Positions 63,109 to 64,000 of a stretch of DNA of 64,000 nt are shown here, piece after piece; positions within the stretch are counted from its first letter, which is position 1, and every line of letters begins with the position of its first letter. The translations under genes were made by a program, and so were the position numbers. The notes beneath the pieces were generated by a model, which saw only the letters and a list, made by a program, of their open reading frames with translations, was not told the origin of the DNA and did no database searches. Source of the DNA: Armatimonadota bacterium (lineage in GTDB: Bacteria > Armatimonadota > SYMT01); the NCBI GenBank assembly GCA_041690135.1, contig JAWLHY010000001.1:1504001-1568000 (forward strand), written 5' to 3'.

Positions 63109-63516
63109 ATGGAAAAGAAGCAGAGGGACCGGAGAGAAGAGCGCGGCGACCTGGGAGAGCAGATGCAGCCGGGCGTACCCGGCATTCCGGCGCCGGGCGA
63201 CACCTACAAGGTGCCCGAAGGTGAGGTGAAACTGGGCGAGCGCGGAGCGGCGGAAGAAGTGGCGCCGCGCGCGCAGGACGACTCGGCCTTCCCATTTCGC
63301 TCGGGAGAGACTACGCTGACGGCGGCGGGAGCCGTCGATACGAACCGCCCCGCGGATGTGGTGACGACCGCCGGCACTACCGAACTGCCCGGGTCCCGCC
63401 ACTCGCCAAACATCCTTTCCCGGCAGAACGTGGTGGCTCCCCAGGCCCGCCGCCCGACCACCACCGCTGGCCAGCAACTCGTCGAAGACGAGATAGACAG
63501 TGAGGACGAACGCTAA
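63109..63516 (+). CDS. Hydrophilic hypothetical protein
   Basis: Charged, low-complexity 135-aa ORF following the operon. Confidence 0.6.
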   Translation: MEKKQRDRREERGDLGEQMQPGVPGIPAPGDTYKVPEGEVKLGERGAAEEVAPRAQDDSAFPFRSGETTLTAAGAVDTNRPADVVTTAGTTELPGSRHSPNILSRQNVVAPQARRPTTTAGQQLVEDEIDSEDER

Positions 63517-64000
63517 CCGGTGAGGGCACCGATCAGGGACCGAAGTTTCTCGGGATCCACGGGCTTTGTCAGATGATGATCGAAGCCCGCCTCCCGGGCT
63601 CGCTGCCGGTCCTCGACTCCTCCGTAACCCGTAAGCGCTACCAGGACCGGTTTGGCGGCTACCGCGCATGAGGCGTGGGAACTGCGCCGTCCCACCGTTT
63701 GCGCGGCGGGTGCCGGTACCGTTTGGAGCCGCCGGGCCACCTCGTAACCATCGAGACCGGGAAGGCCAATATCCAGCAACACCAACTCCGGCGCGAACTC
63801 CGCGGCGGCGGTCAGGGCTGCCTCCCCATCGGCCGCGTGCCGCACCTGGTAGCCCCACAGTTCCAGCATTTCCCGCATCACCTCTGCGGAGTCGCGGTTG
63901 TCTTCTACCAGCAACACCCGCCTGGAAGCATTCCGATCGAGAGCCGTCACCCTGTCCCCGATCACCTCGCCGGCCCCTTCGCACTGGATGAAGTACGGAT
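63513..64000 (-). CDS. Receiver domain, possibly the C-terminus of a hybrid kinase (frame open to window end)
   Basis: VLLVEDN, LLDIGLP, ALTGYG, HLTKPV. Confidence 0.85.
   Translation of the reverse strand, partial: PYFIQCEGAGEVIGDRVTALDRNASRRVLLVEDNRDSAEVMREMLELWGYQVRHAADGEAALTAAAEFAPELVLLDIGLPGLDGYEVARRLQTVPAPAAQTVGRRSSHASCAVAAKPVLVALTGYGGVEDRQRAREAGFDHHLTKPVDPEKLRSLIGALTG

Overview
GC-rich bacterial chromosomal window. PEP-CTERM, prepilin/H-X9-DG, DUF1501+PSD1 and SigB-like genes suggest an Armatimonadota- or Planctomycetota-like organism (inference only). Housekeeping blocks: rpmF-plsX-fabH-fabG-acpP-fabF-aminotransferase-hisG with fabD displaced about 7 kb, dnaK-dnaJ-hspR with a HAIR-like operator, regulator-modABC, serC and pcrA. 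Accessory regions are rich in regulators: four sigma factors, four receiver domains, one STAS protein and no complete histidine kinase. No rRNA, tRNA, CRISPR array or transposase was recognised. Best candidates for undescribed systems: (1) an ECF sigma factor coupled to a receiver protein with an anti-sigma-like N-terminal stub, plus a second receiver; (2) an ArsR-type HTH fused to a CarH-type B12-binding module; (3) a CHAD / HhH-acidic protein / Ppx / HNH operon; (4) two diverged ~125-bp non-coding elements, each with outer octamer arrays, bracketing a 6.4-kb accessory block in inverted orientation. Also seen: a putative SigB regulon, a probable ATT start for hisG, a small paralogous protein family, two pseudogenes and short repeats entering coding sequence. 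All calls come from motif recognition by eye; no database search was run, and several start codons were re-picked.
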